DNA of 64,000 bases. It comes from Zygnema circumcarinatum SAG 698-1b (taxonomy: Eukaryota; Plantae; Zygnematophyceae). The stretch covers positions 434,001 to 498,000 of the forward strand of contig CM074807.1 of NCBI GenBank assembly GCA_037447605.1. The letters are read 5' to 3'. Position numbers and translations under genes: made by a program. Below are positions 23,435-38,643 of the stretch, in pieces (position 1 is the first letter of the stretch; each line of letters starts with the position of its first letter). Below the pieces are notes generated by a model. That model did no database searches. It worked only from the letters and a program-made list of their open reading frames with translations, and was not told the DNA's origin.

Positions 23435-25660
23435 ATGGCGGCCATGGGGAGCGTGAGCTCCGCCCTTTCCTCAAATTCATGGCTTCTAAATGCTTCTCCT
23501 TTCGCAGGAGAGAGAGAGAGAGAGGGAGAGAGAGCGAGAGCGGGCCTCTCCTGCTCCTTCTTCTCTCCTTCCCTGCCACGTGTGGCCTCCGACAGGAGCT
23601 CTCCTATGGCCAGCAGCCGCCATGGCTGCTATCGGTTGAAGCTTTCTGCCGTAGCAGCTCCCGCAATAGGGCAGACTGTGCAGTTGGAGGTAGAGGAGGG
23701 GGCAGAAATGAAATTAAATAAGTACAGTTCTCGCATTACTCAGCCCAAGTCGCAGGGGGCTTCACAGGCGATGTTGTATGGGGTTGGGCTGTCGGAGGAA
23801 GATATGAACAAGCCCCAAGTAAGCATTTTTTTTTTTAATCTTAATTTTTATAATGCAGAGAATCAGGTTAAGAATAGTCGTTAAAGGCCCACATCTTAGT
23901 TTTTGTTTTTTGTTCTAAAACCGAGTCGAGCCGTCGGAAGCTTTTAGAGGTGACCGGAACTTTTAATTTGGATAAAAAGCGCCCTTTATCTCCTTAAAAA
24001 AAAAAACAGGAAGAGTTCAATGTTATCCCTTCATTGCATTTGATTCATTAACTCAATTTTGGTTGACGTCTACTCAATTTATACTTAATCTTGTTTACTA
24101 ATGAGCTAATGAATATCATCAATTTGGGTCTTGCCGGGCAGCCGAAAAAATCCAATGCACGATGAGCCCTTCATTATGCTGCCATTTTACTTTGCGCTCA
24201 TTCTAATAATGATGTTTGACTCTAATTTATTTCCTTCTTTGTTTTATTTTCGAACTTCTTATTGATGGTAATGTTAGCATTGAGCTTTTTCGCAGGTTGG
24301 CATTTCCTCGGTGTGGTACGAAGGCAACACATGCAACATGCATCTCCTCCGCCTGGCGGAGTGGGTGAAGGAGGGAGTGATGGGGGCGGGAATGGTCGGG
24401 TTTAGGTTTAATACGATTGGAGTGAGCGACGGGATCTCTATGGGAACAGAGGGAATGAGCTTTAGGTAGCCCCTTTTGCACCCTCTACACTCCCTCCCTC
24501 CCTCCCTNNNNNNNNNNCCCTCCCTCCCTCCCTCCCTCCCTCCCTCCCTCCCTCCCTGGCCTCTCATCGTTTTCTTGCATCATATCTCATATCGTAAGTG
24601 GAAGGAGATCAGTATGAACTTCAATGGCTGAATTTGAAGTGGCGTTGTTCAGAGATCAGTTTTTCTGTCAGTTTTTTTTAGTAATCTATATTTATTTTAT
24701 TTTTGAAGAATTTGTTCCTGTTGTATTCCTTGGGGATGGGCTAGTTTACAGTCGCGAGACTTAATTGCCGACAGCATAGAAACTGTTATGGCAGCACAGT
24801 GGTATGATGGAAACATTTCGATTCCTGGGTGCGATAAAAATGTAAGCTGAACTTTCCTTCGTCTTCAAAAAAAAAAAAAATCTTTACGAATGTCTTTTTG
24901 TGTTCATCAGTTAATATATGCATGGTTTATTTATTTATTTATTTTTTGAAAAATTAGTTTGTCGTTTGCAGATGCCAGGTGTCGTAATGGCAATGGCTCG
25001 TTTGAACCGGCCGAGCATCATGGTTTATGGAGGGACCATCAAGGTGAGGAGGATGTGAGTTCATGTGTGTGGCTGCGAGAGAGTGAGGGAGCTAGGGAGA
25101 GAGAGAGACAGAGAGAGGGAGAGAGAGGGGGAGGGAGGGCGGGGGGAGAGTGATAGACAGGAGGGGAGTGAGAGGGGGGGGCGAAGAGGTGAAACTTGGA
25201 CACTATGGAGTGAGGAAAGGAGATACGGGAGAAAGAGCGAGTGAGAGCGAGAGAGAGGGAGAGAGGGAAAGAGAGAGAGTCCTGACACTCTCCCTATGGC
25301 GTCCATACAAAAATCGCAGCCGGGGTATTTCAACGGAGCGACACTCGACATTGTGTCTGCCTTTCAGGTGAGCCCCTTGCAGCAGCCAAAAAACCTTAAA
25401 GAATAGAAATTGAGAGTGTGTCTCTTTTTCTCTTTACCCTCTCTCTCTCCCTCCCCTCCTTACCCTCACTCCCCCCCTCTCCCACGTTTTCTCTCTCTCC
25501 TCTCTCCAGAGCTATGGGCAGTATGTGACGGGCAGCATCACAGAGGAGGAGAGGCGGAGCATAGTGAGACACTCCTGCCCGGGGGAGGGAGCCTGCGGAG
25601 GAATGTACACAGCCAACACAATGGCCTCTGCCATAGAAGCACTTGGCCTCACGCTGCCCT

Positions 25661-25706
<46 letters not shown>

Positions 25707-25716
25707 NNNNNNNNNN

Positions 25717-25768
<52 letters not shown>

Positions 25769-26527
25769 CGGGCACGCGCTCGTTCTCCCTCTCGTGCTCG
25801 CTCGGTTTCTCGCGCGGTCGCTGTCGCGCTCTCTCCCTCCCATCTCTCTCTCTCTCTCTTTCTCTCCCTCTTGCTTTTTCTCTTTTTCTTTTGGCCACGT
25901 CCTTTGATGATGGCAATATTATGAACCCACATTCCGCATAAGCCATTGGATGGCGGTGATCACTACCACTACTGCTAGTAAGAGAGTGAGAGGAGGGTAG
26001 GAGAAGAGCAAAGCGAGAGAGATGAGGGCGGGAGGAACGGAGCGAGAGCGAACCCAAGCACCCTCAAAACCCTAAACCCCTTTAACGAACAAGTGAGAGA
26101 TGGAGGATAGGAGCGGATAGGCAGTGACTATGAGCCCTACGATTCTCCGAGAGGCAGCTTCTAGACTCTCACAATCAACATTAAACCCTAAAAATCACCA
26201 TTTTAAATTTTTAAACTGTAGATCTCTTTAAATGTTTAACTTGTTAAACCTCTACACGTTTAAATTTCTAAACATTTAAACGTTTAGATTTCCTAATGTT
26301 TTAAATTCCGTTGCATATGCAGCTCCTCCATCCCCGCGGACGACCCCTTAAAGGTGCAGGAGTGCCAGCTGGCAGGCCGCTATTTGCTGGAGCTGCTTAG
26401 GGCTGACGTCAAGCCTCGTGACATCATCACACGTGCGGCCCTCGAGAACGCGATGGTGACAGTGACAGCGCTCGGAGGCTCAACAAACGCAGTCCTGCAC
26501 CTCATCGCCATCGCCAGGTGGGGGGAG

Positions 26528-26561
<34 letters not shown>

Positions 26562-29500
26562 NNNNNNNNNNTCCCTCTCCCTCTCCTCACTCTCTCTGCC
26601 GGCCACTCTCTGCCCTCCCGCAGGGCGGCGGGGTTGTCTCTCACTTTGGACGATTTCCAGAGAGTGAGCGATCGCGTTCCGTTTCTGGCAGACCTAAAAC
26701 CCTCCGGAAAGTACGTCATGGAGGACGTGCACAAGGTACGGACAGAGAGAGAGAGGGAGAGAGAGTGAGCGGGAGAGAGGGAGAGGAGGAGAGGAGGAGA
26801 GGGAGAGAGAGGGGGAGAGAGAGAGGGGGAGAGAGAGAAAGGGACAGAGGAGTGGGACAGAGGGACAGAGAGAGAGGGAGTGGGGGACAGAGAGAGAGGG
26901 GGGGGAGGGGGAGGAACAGAGATAGAGGGAGAGAGAGACAGAGAGAGGAGGGAGGGAGAGAGTGGAACAGAGAGATGGAGAGAGAGGAACAGAGTGAGAG
27001 AGAGGGACAGAGTGGGACAGAGAGAGGGAGAGAGAGGGACAGAGAGTGAGAGAGTGGGACAGAGAGGGACAGAGAGAGGGAGAGAGAGGGACAGAATGAG
27101 AGAGGGGGAGAGAGAGGGACAGAGAGAGAGAGATGACGATTCCACCATGAGTGCATGTTGGGTTCAGGTCGGCGGCACTCCCGCAGTTTTGAAGTATCTT
27201 CTGCAGAAGGGGCTCATAGACGGGACCTGCCTCACCGGTATGTCACGTCACGTCATGTCATGTCGATGTAGCCTGCTCAGTTTCAGTTTCAGTTCTGTTT
27301 TCTGTTAAGTCCGTTGCGTTCAACGGTTGGCAAGTTTGTTCTTGTTTGAGATTCCCTAGTGGACCTTTTTTTTCAAAAAAAAATTCTCGTTGTTTTCTGA
27401 AAACTTACGGTGCCGCGTTCCCTCTCCTAACCGGCCACTTCATTTTCTTCTCCCTCCCTCCCCCTCTCTCTTTCTCTCTCTCTCTCCCTCTCTCTTTCTC
27501 TCTCTCTCTGTCTCTCTCGCTCTGTCCCTCCGTCTCTCCCACTCTCTCTCCTTTAACCCTCTCTCTTTCTGGCTCTCTCTCTTTTTATGCAGTGACTGGA
27601 AAAACATTGGCAGAAAACTTAGCTGGCTGCCCGGACCTCTCTGAAGGGCAGGTGAAATTCTCTCTCTCTCTTTCTCTTTTCTCTCTCTCCCTCTCTCTCT
27701 CATTTTATCTCTCTTCTCCACCGGAGTCCTTGACCCAAAACCCAAAACCTGCTTACAGCATGTCCCACAAATCTGATGAGGCATATTAGCATGCAATTTA
27801 TTTTCATTTCTGGCCCCTTTTTTCAGGAAGTAATTCGACCGATCGAGAGTCCGATTAAGCGCACAGGGCACCTTCAAACGCTGTACGGAAATTTGGCTCC
27901 GGAGGGCTCTGTGGCGAAAATTACCGGAAAGGAAGGGCTCTACTTTTCAGGTACATATATGTGTATATATATATATATATATGGCGGAAAAAATATCGAT
28001 TTCGATTTGTTGTTGTTGTTGTTGGGTTTATCTTCTTGTTTTACCTCGCTCGTTTTATTTTCTTACTTTTTGAGGTGAAATATGGCAGCCAAAGAAGGCA
28101 GATACCCTCCCCCCTTCCCCCTCCCCCTCCCCTTCTCTCCTCCTCTCTTCTCCTTCTCTTGTCTTCTTTGAATGAAATTTTTAAAGGAAGGCAACAAAGG
28201 CAATGTCTGCATGCATGCATGCATGCAGGGCCTGCGCGAGTTTTTGAGGGAGAGGAGGCAATGCTGGCGGCACTGGCGGAGGATGCCAACAGCTTCAAGG
28301 TGGGAGGGAGAGAGGGAGGAAGGGAGAAGGGAGAGGGAGGAGGAGGGAGGGAAGGAAGAGAGGAGGGGAGAAGAGGAGAAGAGGAAGGAAGGAGAGGAAG
28401 GAAGGAAGAGAAGGGGCATCCTTGACTGACAAGAGGCAAGGCGAGTGGTCGCGTGTGCAGGGCAGCGTGGTGGTGATACGGGGCGAGGGTCCCAAGGGCG
28501 GGCCGGGCATGCCGGAGATGCTCACTCCCACAAGCGCCATTATGGGGGCGGGGCTCGGACAGGTGCGGGGGTCTATGCACATGCCGTCGTCAGTTCTTGC
28601 CGTTCCGTTCCGTTGTAATGCTGGCTGTGTTCTATGTCGCAGTTCTGAGGCGGCGGAGGAGGGCCGTTGGATCCTGGCAGGAGGTGGCGCTGCTGACCGA
28701 CGGACGGTTCTCGGGGGGGTCCCACGGCTTCGTGGTGGGACACATATGCCCGGAGGCGCAGGTAAACGGAACGGAACGGAAAGGGAACGGGCATAGAATC
28801 TCACGTAACTGGACATGGAACGTCCTGGAGATTGCATTTGATGATGATGATGATGATGGTGATGGTGGTGGTGGATGATGATGATGATGACGATAATGGT
28901 GGTGGTGGAGGATGATGATGGTGGTTGTGGAGGATGATGATGATGATGAAGATGATGATGGTGATGATGGTGATGGTGATGATGATGGTGATGATGATGG
29001 ATGGATGATGATGCATGTGGCCCTATGCATGCATGCAGGTGGGCGGCCCCATCGGCCTTGTGCAGGACGGCGATGTGATCACCATCGATGTAGAGCGGCG
29101 CGCCATAGACATGGCCGTGGCGGAGGAGGCCCTCGCAAGGAGGAGGGCCGCCTGGGCGCCGCCGCCGCTCAAGGCCACCAGGGGGACTCTCTACAAGGTC
29201 TCCTTCCCGCTCCTTCTCCGTCTCTCTCTCCCTCTCCCTCTCCCTCGCCCTCTCCCTCTCCCTCGCCCTCTCCCTCTCCCTCGCCCTCTCCCTATCCCTC
29301 GCCTTCTCTCCCTTTGGCTCTCCGTCTCTCTCTCTTCCTCGTCCTCGTCCTCTCCCTCTCTCTCGCTCTCTCTCCCTCGCCCTCTCCTTTTCGTTCTCTC
29401 TCTCCCTCTCATCCTCTTCCTCTCCCTCTCCTCTCTCCTTTCGCTCTCCCTCCCTCTCTCTCGCTCCCTCTCCCTATCCCTATCCCTATCCCTATCCCTA

Positions 29501-30015
29501 TCCCTATCCCTATCCCTATCCCTATCCCTATCCCTATCCCTATCCCTATCCCTATCCCTCACCCCCTCCCTCGCCCCCTCGCCCTCGCCCTCTCTCCCTT
29601 TCGCTCTCCCACTCTCTCGCTCCCTCTCCCTCTCTGTCCCTCTCCCTCTCTCTCTCCCCCCTTACGATACGCAATCATTACTATCTATCATCAGTCCATA
29701 CAACCCTCCCTCTCTCTCTCCTCCCATGGTTCGTGGTTGCTGTGCGAAATGTCTACATGTTGCTGCCAATGCCTTCTTGTAGCATTCGTGATGTATGGGG
29801 GGGGGGGGGTGGGGCAGGCACATGCATGGTATGGGTATGGGCATGGGCATGGGCATGGCAGGGGCATGGTTTATGGCTCTCCATGCTGCGCAGTTTCATG
29901 GTTTTAAGGCTGACATGCGTAACCCTATTTTGGGTTTTTTTGTCTTTTGATTTGTGAATGGCAGTACATAAAAAATGTGAAGTCGGCATCCGAGGGATGC
30001 GTCACGGACGAGTGA
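23435..30015 (+). CDS. ilvD: Dihydroxy-acid dehydratase, plastid-targeted, 16 exons, ~649 aa
   Basis: Exons 23435-23818, 24296-24465, 24745-24841, 24972-25043, 25320-25367, 25510-25664, 26323-26517, 26624-26735, 27168-27237, 27593-27651, 27827-27950, 28229-28299, 28461-28562, 28681-28761, 29039-29197, 29965-30015. Motifs: [85 protein letters not shown]. Confidence 0.97.
28840..29012 (+). repeat. (GAT/GGT)n trinucleotide tract in a DHAD intron
   Basis: Direct reading. Confidence 0.9.
29472..29555 (+). repeat. (CCCTAT)14 perfect hexamer microsatellite in the last DHAD intron
   Basis: Direct reading; one substitution away from the telomeric CCCTAA. Confidence 0.9.
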
Positions 30016-30296
30016 GGGAGGGAGGGCCCTTAAAAAGATGACAGCTTTTGGATAATAAGGAAGAATTAAATATATCCTTTTTTTAATTTCGAAAAGTATT
30101 TTGCTGTACCTTGAAGAACATAGGGGGAGGCTCCTCGGATGAGAATTGGAATTTACCATTTTTGGCGGAAATAATGCAAAAGGTGTCAAGTGATAATGAC
30201 ATGCTCGTTTCTTTTTTTTTTTTTCTTTTTTTTTTTTTAAATACAATGTAAAAATAAAACAAAAAACCTGAATAGCCACTACTAGTATTCATAAAT

Positions 30297-31230
30297 CTAT
30301 TCAAAATTATAAACGTGACCGGGATTTCCGCCACAGAACAAAAACAAAACAAAAAAGAAAGAACGAGAGTAGTAAGGCCACCTCTTCAGAATCTGCGTCA
30401 GAGAGGAGGCCTCCTCTCTCTGCACTCCTCCCTCTCCCCCACTCTCTCCCTCTCCCTGCACACAGAAGATGACGCAGGTATGACAATTCACTCGCGGATA
30501 TTACATCATCACCCCTCCTCCCTCCCTCCCTCCCTCCCTCCCTCCCTCCCTCCCTCCCTCCTCCCTCCCTCCTCCCTCCCTCCCTCCTCCCTCCCTCCTC
30601 CCTCCCTCCTCCCTCCCTCCCTCCCTCCCTCCCTCCACTCCCTCCAACCCTCCCTCCCTCCCTCCCTCCCACCCACACCCTCGTCTCCTTCCCTCCCTCC
30701 CTCGTTCTCTCCCTCCCTCCCTCACTCACCTGCCGAACAGCCGAACCCGTACTGATCTCGGATCGTGCTCCACAGCTCCCACTCGCTTCCAACACTTCCC
30801 ATTCCGCCTCCCTCTGTACCTCCTCTTCCCAAGCCTCTCCCACTCCTACCTCATCACTCCTCTCCCTCCCCCAATTCTCCCTCTCTCCCTCTACTCTCCT
30901 CCTCTTACCCGCCCCCTTTACCTCCCTCTCCTTCTCCCTCTCTCCCTCCACTCTCCTCCTCTTACCCGCCCCCTCTACCTCCCTCTCCCTCTCCCTCCCT
31001 TGCCTCGCCATAAACCTCTCCACGATGGTGAAAAGATCCTCGTCCGACCTCTCCCCTCCCGAAAAAGAGATCGAATCATCATCGCTTGAAGAAAAAGAAG
31101 TCGAAGTAGAAATCGCGATCGACTCGTCATATGACCTCCCACATTCTAAGTCTCGAAATGGGGGCTTCAAGTATGCGGCGGCTCTCTCACAAGCCTCCTC
31201 TCCCACCCCTCTCTCTCCTCTCTCAGGCAT
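30297..31230 (-). CDS. Hypothetical low-complexity protein with a duplicated KRRR (NLS-like) segment
   Basis: ORF from ATG 31230. A perfect CAG|GTGAGT donor near 30728 and a TGTGCAG acceptor near 30457 are in phase 0, leading to EASSLTQILKRWPYYSR. There is an in-frame 57-nt duplication (EREV[E/K]GAGKRRRVEGERE x2). No family recognised. Confidence 0.4.
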
Positions 31231-32658
31231 CCTCTCCCACTCCCTCTCACTCTCCTGAGGGGTTCCGACTCCTTTAGATATGCGAACGAGGTCGTCAAAG
31301 TCAATGTTTACATGTGAATCTTCCGTGCGGAGTAGAGCGTGTTTTTGCCATATTGAAGCGAAGGTGTGGGAGGGAGTGGGAGAGAGAGAGGGAGAGGCGG
31401 CGAGGCGGAGGAGAGAGGCGGTCTGCGAGGTTAGCCCGCGGGACTCCTCCGTGCGCTGGAGGGGAGAGGGAGAGAATCCGAATGGGGGTGGGAGAGCTGC
31501 ACAGCGCAGGAGACGAGGGGTGAGTAGGAGAGGGAGAGGGAGAGGGAGAGGGAGAGGGAGAGGGAGAGGGAGAGGGAGNNNNNNNNNNTTATCTCTCTCC
31601 CTCGCTCTCTCTCTCCCTCACTATCTATCACTCTCTCTCACTCTCTCTCTCTCCACGTTCTCTATCACTCCCACTTTATCTCCTGACTTACTCTCCCTTC
31701 AGCTGTGGTGGGAAGCTGGATTAGGGGAAAGAGAGGGAGAGAACGAGAGGTAGGGAGAGAGAGAGAAAGAGAGGGGAAATTGAGGGGGGGAGCGTGAGAG
31801 GGAGAGGGAGTGAGCGGGGGCGGGCGGGGCGCCGCGCTAGAGGACAAGAAACGAGGGACATCCTCGCAAGTGCGGTGCCGGGCCGCTGGTCGGTGCTTGG
31901 ACGGTACGGTATGTACGGACAGACAGGGGCTCCTTGGCACGGCCTTGTGTTGTACGGTCAAATGTCGGTGATAGGACGATGTGTATTGTCGTATTAGCTA
32001 CCCAATCACCCATGTTTCTATACGACAAATTCATTCTTGAATTTTGTGAAACAGTGGCAGGCAAGACAAATGTGCCGGTTTGCAACTTGCAGAATTTTTT
32101 CAAATGTTGAGGAAATATGTGTAGGCGTGGCGGAACGTGATTGGGTAGGTGCTGGAAAAAGTTGAAATAGCCTGGTTTGGAATATCGAAAAGAACACTAG
32201 TTTTAGAAAAGTTAACGCAGAAAAGACAGACATGTACGAATGCATCTCGTTTACAAACCCGCCATTGACGCGTAACTGAGCTCATCAACAGATGTTGCAA
32301 AACACGACAAAACATTTCTAAGAAAATAAAATATATGACGTCAATTATAAAACCAAGATATTGGTGGATCTTTCTCAGCGAAATAGCGCTGTACGGCCAT
32401 AAAGGACCTCGTGACAAATGTCTGTCGTTTATCGTGAGAAAAAACAAAATTGTTCCTACAGAATTTTGTTTTTTCTTTGCCCTCCCACGCGTTGCTGGTT
32501 CTCGTCCGTACCGTCTGTCGTGACGTAAGTCGGCTTGCGGCCGCCGGTTTGACGACACGTGTCGGCTTTATGTCCGCGATGCGACACGCCGCCTGCCATT
32601 TGTCCGGAGGTAGATCGAGATCCACTTGCGCTGCCGCGGCATGAAACGTTGATTTGCA

Positions 32659-32777
32659 GGGTAAAGTGCAGTTGATCGGAAGGGTAAAGTGCAGTTGATG
32701 GGAAGGGTAGAGTGCAGTTGATCGGAAGGGTAGAGTGCAGTTGATCGGAAGGGTAAAGTGTAGTTGATCGGAAGGGT
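32659..32777. repeat. Minisatellite, 5 x 23 bp (GGGTA[A/G]AGTG[C/T]AGTTGATCGGAA)
   Basis: Head-to-tail copies at 32659, 32682, 32705, 32728, 32751 with no spacers. Confidence 0.95.
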
Positions 32778-32864
32778 TTTCTCATTTCGTACACGAATCG
32801 TACGGTGTAGTCGTTCGTCTACCCCATTTGTTCGTACATTCGATCCATTAAATAACCTTAACTA

Positions 32865-33347
32865 CAGTCTAATCACGTTATAGTGACTGTGTCGGTCCCC
32901 ACACATTTGTGTCACTATATCGGTAATGACCCGTTTGTCGTTTTATATATAGTGACAATGTTATTACATATGATTTTTGCGGTATATCCGTACGACTTTG
33001 ATACTGTACATTGTACTTTTTGGGCAGTCGTCACGTGAGTAGGTGTGTACGAACCCTAGTGAGCATGTGTACGGACAAGTTGATATGTACGGTCAAGGCG
33101 ATATCTGACGATATTAGTCGATAATGTGTACGGTCGTAATATATTTGTAACGCATATTCCAATACGTGGGTGGATAATATCGACATTTTGAATATATAGT
33201 AACAATCAGGGTTTTTCAACGTCATTATATCCGTAATGGCGTCACTACTGGCGCAGGATCTGCAGTGGTGCAATTCCGTTCCCGGAAAAAAAGTCAGTAT
33301 ATTCATGCTGTTCTTATAAACAGTGACACTATAACGTGATTAGACTG
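32865..33347. mobile_element. Non-autonomous Tc1/mariner-type MITE, 483 bp
   Basis: Perfect 21-bp TIRs CAGTCTAATCACGTTATAGTG (32865-32885) and CACTATAACGTGATTAGACTG (33327-33347), TA on both sides (32863-64, 33348-49), AT-rich interior with no ORF. CAGT termini with a TA TSD are characteristic of Tc1/mariner. Confidence 0.85.
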
Positions 33348-33536
33348 TAATTATTCGTTAAGGCAAAAAGAAAACGAAAATAAAACTTACTGAAAATGGA
33401 ATCTCAAAGTTTCAATTTCAAAAATTTGTCAAAGCGCATTTTTTAATCTCAGATTTTTAACAGAACACAATACGGCCACTGGCATGTGCAAAGAACGGGT
33501 CGGCCACGTCAGACTGCTGTCTTCGGCAGCGACTCC

Positions 33537-33577
33537 CACGTGGCATCTGCTTTCAGGAGGTGCATGTGCCACGTGTC
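33537..33577 (+). promoter_or_regulatory. Paired G-box/ABRE-like motifs (CACGTGGC, CACGTGTC) upstream of the 33967 gene
   Basis: Motifs at 33537-33544 and 33570-33577, ~400 nt before the ATG. Function is inferred from plant ABRE knowledge. Confidence 0.45.
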
Positions 33578-33966
33578 AGACGTTGACTCAGAGCGCTCAC
33601 CAGCCTGCCGCGTGTCCAGTTCGTACCGCTCTAATTCTGGGCCTATTCACATGGGCGGGCGGTTACAACGCCATCCGTCGGTGGGTCGCCTTTCGGAGCG
33701 TTCACACGGGCGGCGAGGGGGGGAGGACGAGGGAAGAGACCCTCGGGGCGAGGGGGGTCAAAGAAAGCACGAGTGGAGGGAGAGGGAGAGTGGGAGAGAG
33801 CGGGAGAGAACTGGGAGGTGGGAGTGGGAGGGACCTGGGGAGACGGAGGGGGAGAGGGAGGAGAGACAGGGAGAGGGAGAGATAGGAGGTAGTATCTGCA
33901 AAATTGGGGTATAACAAGGGGAGGGAAGAAGAGGGAGAAATAGTGAGAGAGAGAGAGAGAGCGGCC

Positions 33967-36975
<3,009 letters not shown>

Positions 36976-37818
36976 GAGACCAGTGAGAAAGAGAGTGGGA
37001 GAGGGAGAGGAGGGAGAGAGGGAGAGGGAGGGAGCGGGGAGAGGTTGAGGAAGGGAGAGGGAGAGGAGGGAGAGAGGGGCAGGGACGGAGCGGGGAGAGG
37101 TAGAGAAAGGGAGAGGAAGAGGGGAAGAGTGGAGGGAGACGCAGCTGGAGGGGAGTGAGAGAGAGAAGCTATTCAGTTTGGAGATTTTGAGAGAGCCTTG
37201 TAAATGGGAGACAGGCGGCGTTCCGGGTTTTGAAGTTTTGATTTTGATACCGAAGTTGGAATTTTGATAAGGGATTTGGAGCAGAGAAAAACAGCCGGAA
37301 ATAGGTTTTTCTTTCCTTTTCGTTGCTGCTTTTTGTGCAGACGGGGCAAATTTGGCATTAGCTTTTTTCGGGAAAATGAATAAGATGCTAAAGACATGTC
37401 CGTAATGGTAAATAAAAAACAAATTTTCTTCAAATATTTGACTTTTATTGCTTCCTTATCTTTTCTTGTCGGAGGACCTGAAGAAACCCTCTGATGTGTT
37501 AATGATGTTTTTTTTTGTTTTTTTTTCTTTTTAATTAGCATAAATCGACAATTTGTGGTTTTTAAAGACCCCGAGGGGCTTCAAATGCAACAAGAAAATT
37601 GAATGGAGGCAACATAGAGCAAGCATGAGACGGGCTGCTATCGTCAGTCCAGAACCTTAAAAATTTCATGGATGGAACAATTAACGAGCAAGGGCAGCAA
37701 TCATGAGTGTAAAGAAAGAGAGGGAGGGAGGGGGAGAGGGAGAGGGAGAGGAGGGGGAGAGAAAGAGGGAGAGGGGAAGGGGAGANNNNNNNNNNCCCCC
37801 CCCCCCCCCCCCCCCCCC

Positions 37819-37954
37819 CTATAGTTCGCAGCTCGCCGAGCGCATCGCCCCGAGGCAGCAGGGGGTCTCAGCGGAGGTCGTGTCAGGGATGGCGAAATTG
37901 AGAGGGTCCCATTGGGCCTCCGGAAAGTCAAAGTCAACTCGACTGATGGAGCAC

Positions 37955-37995
<41 letters not shown>

Positions 37996-38599
37996 ACAAA
38001 TTACAGAACAAAAAACACAAAGTAAAGTATTATGAGTGCTTGACATACAACGGCATGGAGAAGCGTTGAGCCGTGGATTCTGACCAGATTTCTTGGTCTA
38101 TAGAGATGAGGATCTAACCATGATGATCATCGATTTTGTGAAACTGCAACTGAGACTGAAACTGAAAGCTAACTGACATATACATTGGAGGAAAGCAATA
38201 ACTTACGCTCCATCGCAGGCGCTGCCCGAGTATACGCGCACAGCCTTGCATCCCTGTCCGTTGCACATCACAGAACGGAGTCACAGTAAAATGGTTAACT
38301 GCAAGCTACATGTACCCACAACATTGTTCTCAGCCACTTTGTTGAACATTGAGCCCTATATGAAAAGTGAAGGTGGGCTCCCTCCATGCTAGACAGAGGC
38401 CAACAACCCACCTCAACATGAAACAACTAACATGGGTTTGTTTGGTTTTGACAACATTCGATCTCTCTCTCTCTCTCTCTCTCCCCCTCTCTCTCTCTCT
38501 CCCTCTCTCTCTCTCTCTCCCTCTCCCTCTCTCTTTCTATCTCTCTCTCTCCCCCTCTCTCTCTCCTTTCCTCTCTCTCTTTCTCTCTCCCCCTCTCTC

Positions 38600-38643
<44 letters not shown>

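Noticed and set aside
2582-30015. Bacterial-like asnS and ilvD as recent horizontal transfers
   Set aside because: Both have transit peptides and 14-15 spliceosomal introns, as expected for long-established nuclear genes for organellar enzymes.
30315-31258. Plus-strand spliced gene (donor 30478, acceptor 30740)
   Set aside because: No good ATG, and the product is a featureless S/L/P run. The apparent branch and acceptor signals are reverse complements of the stronger minus-strand splice sites.
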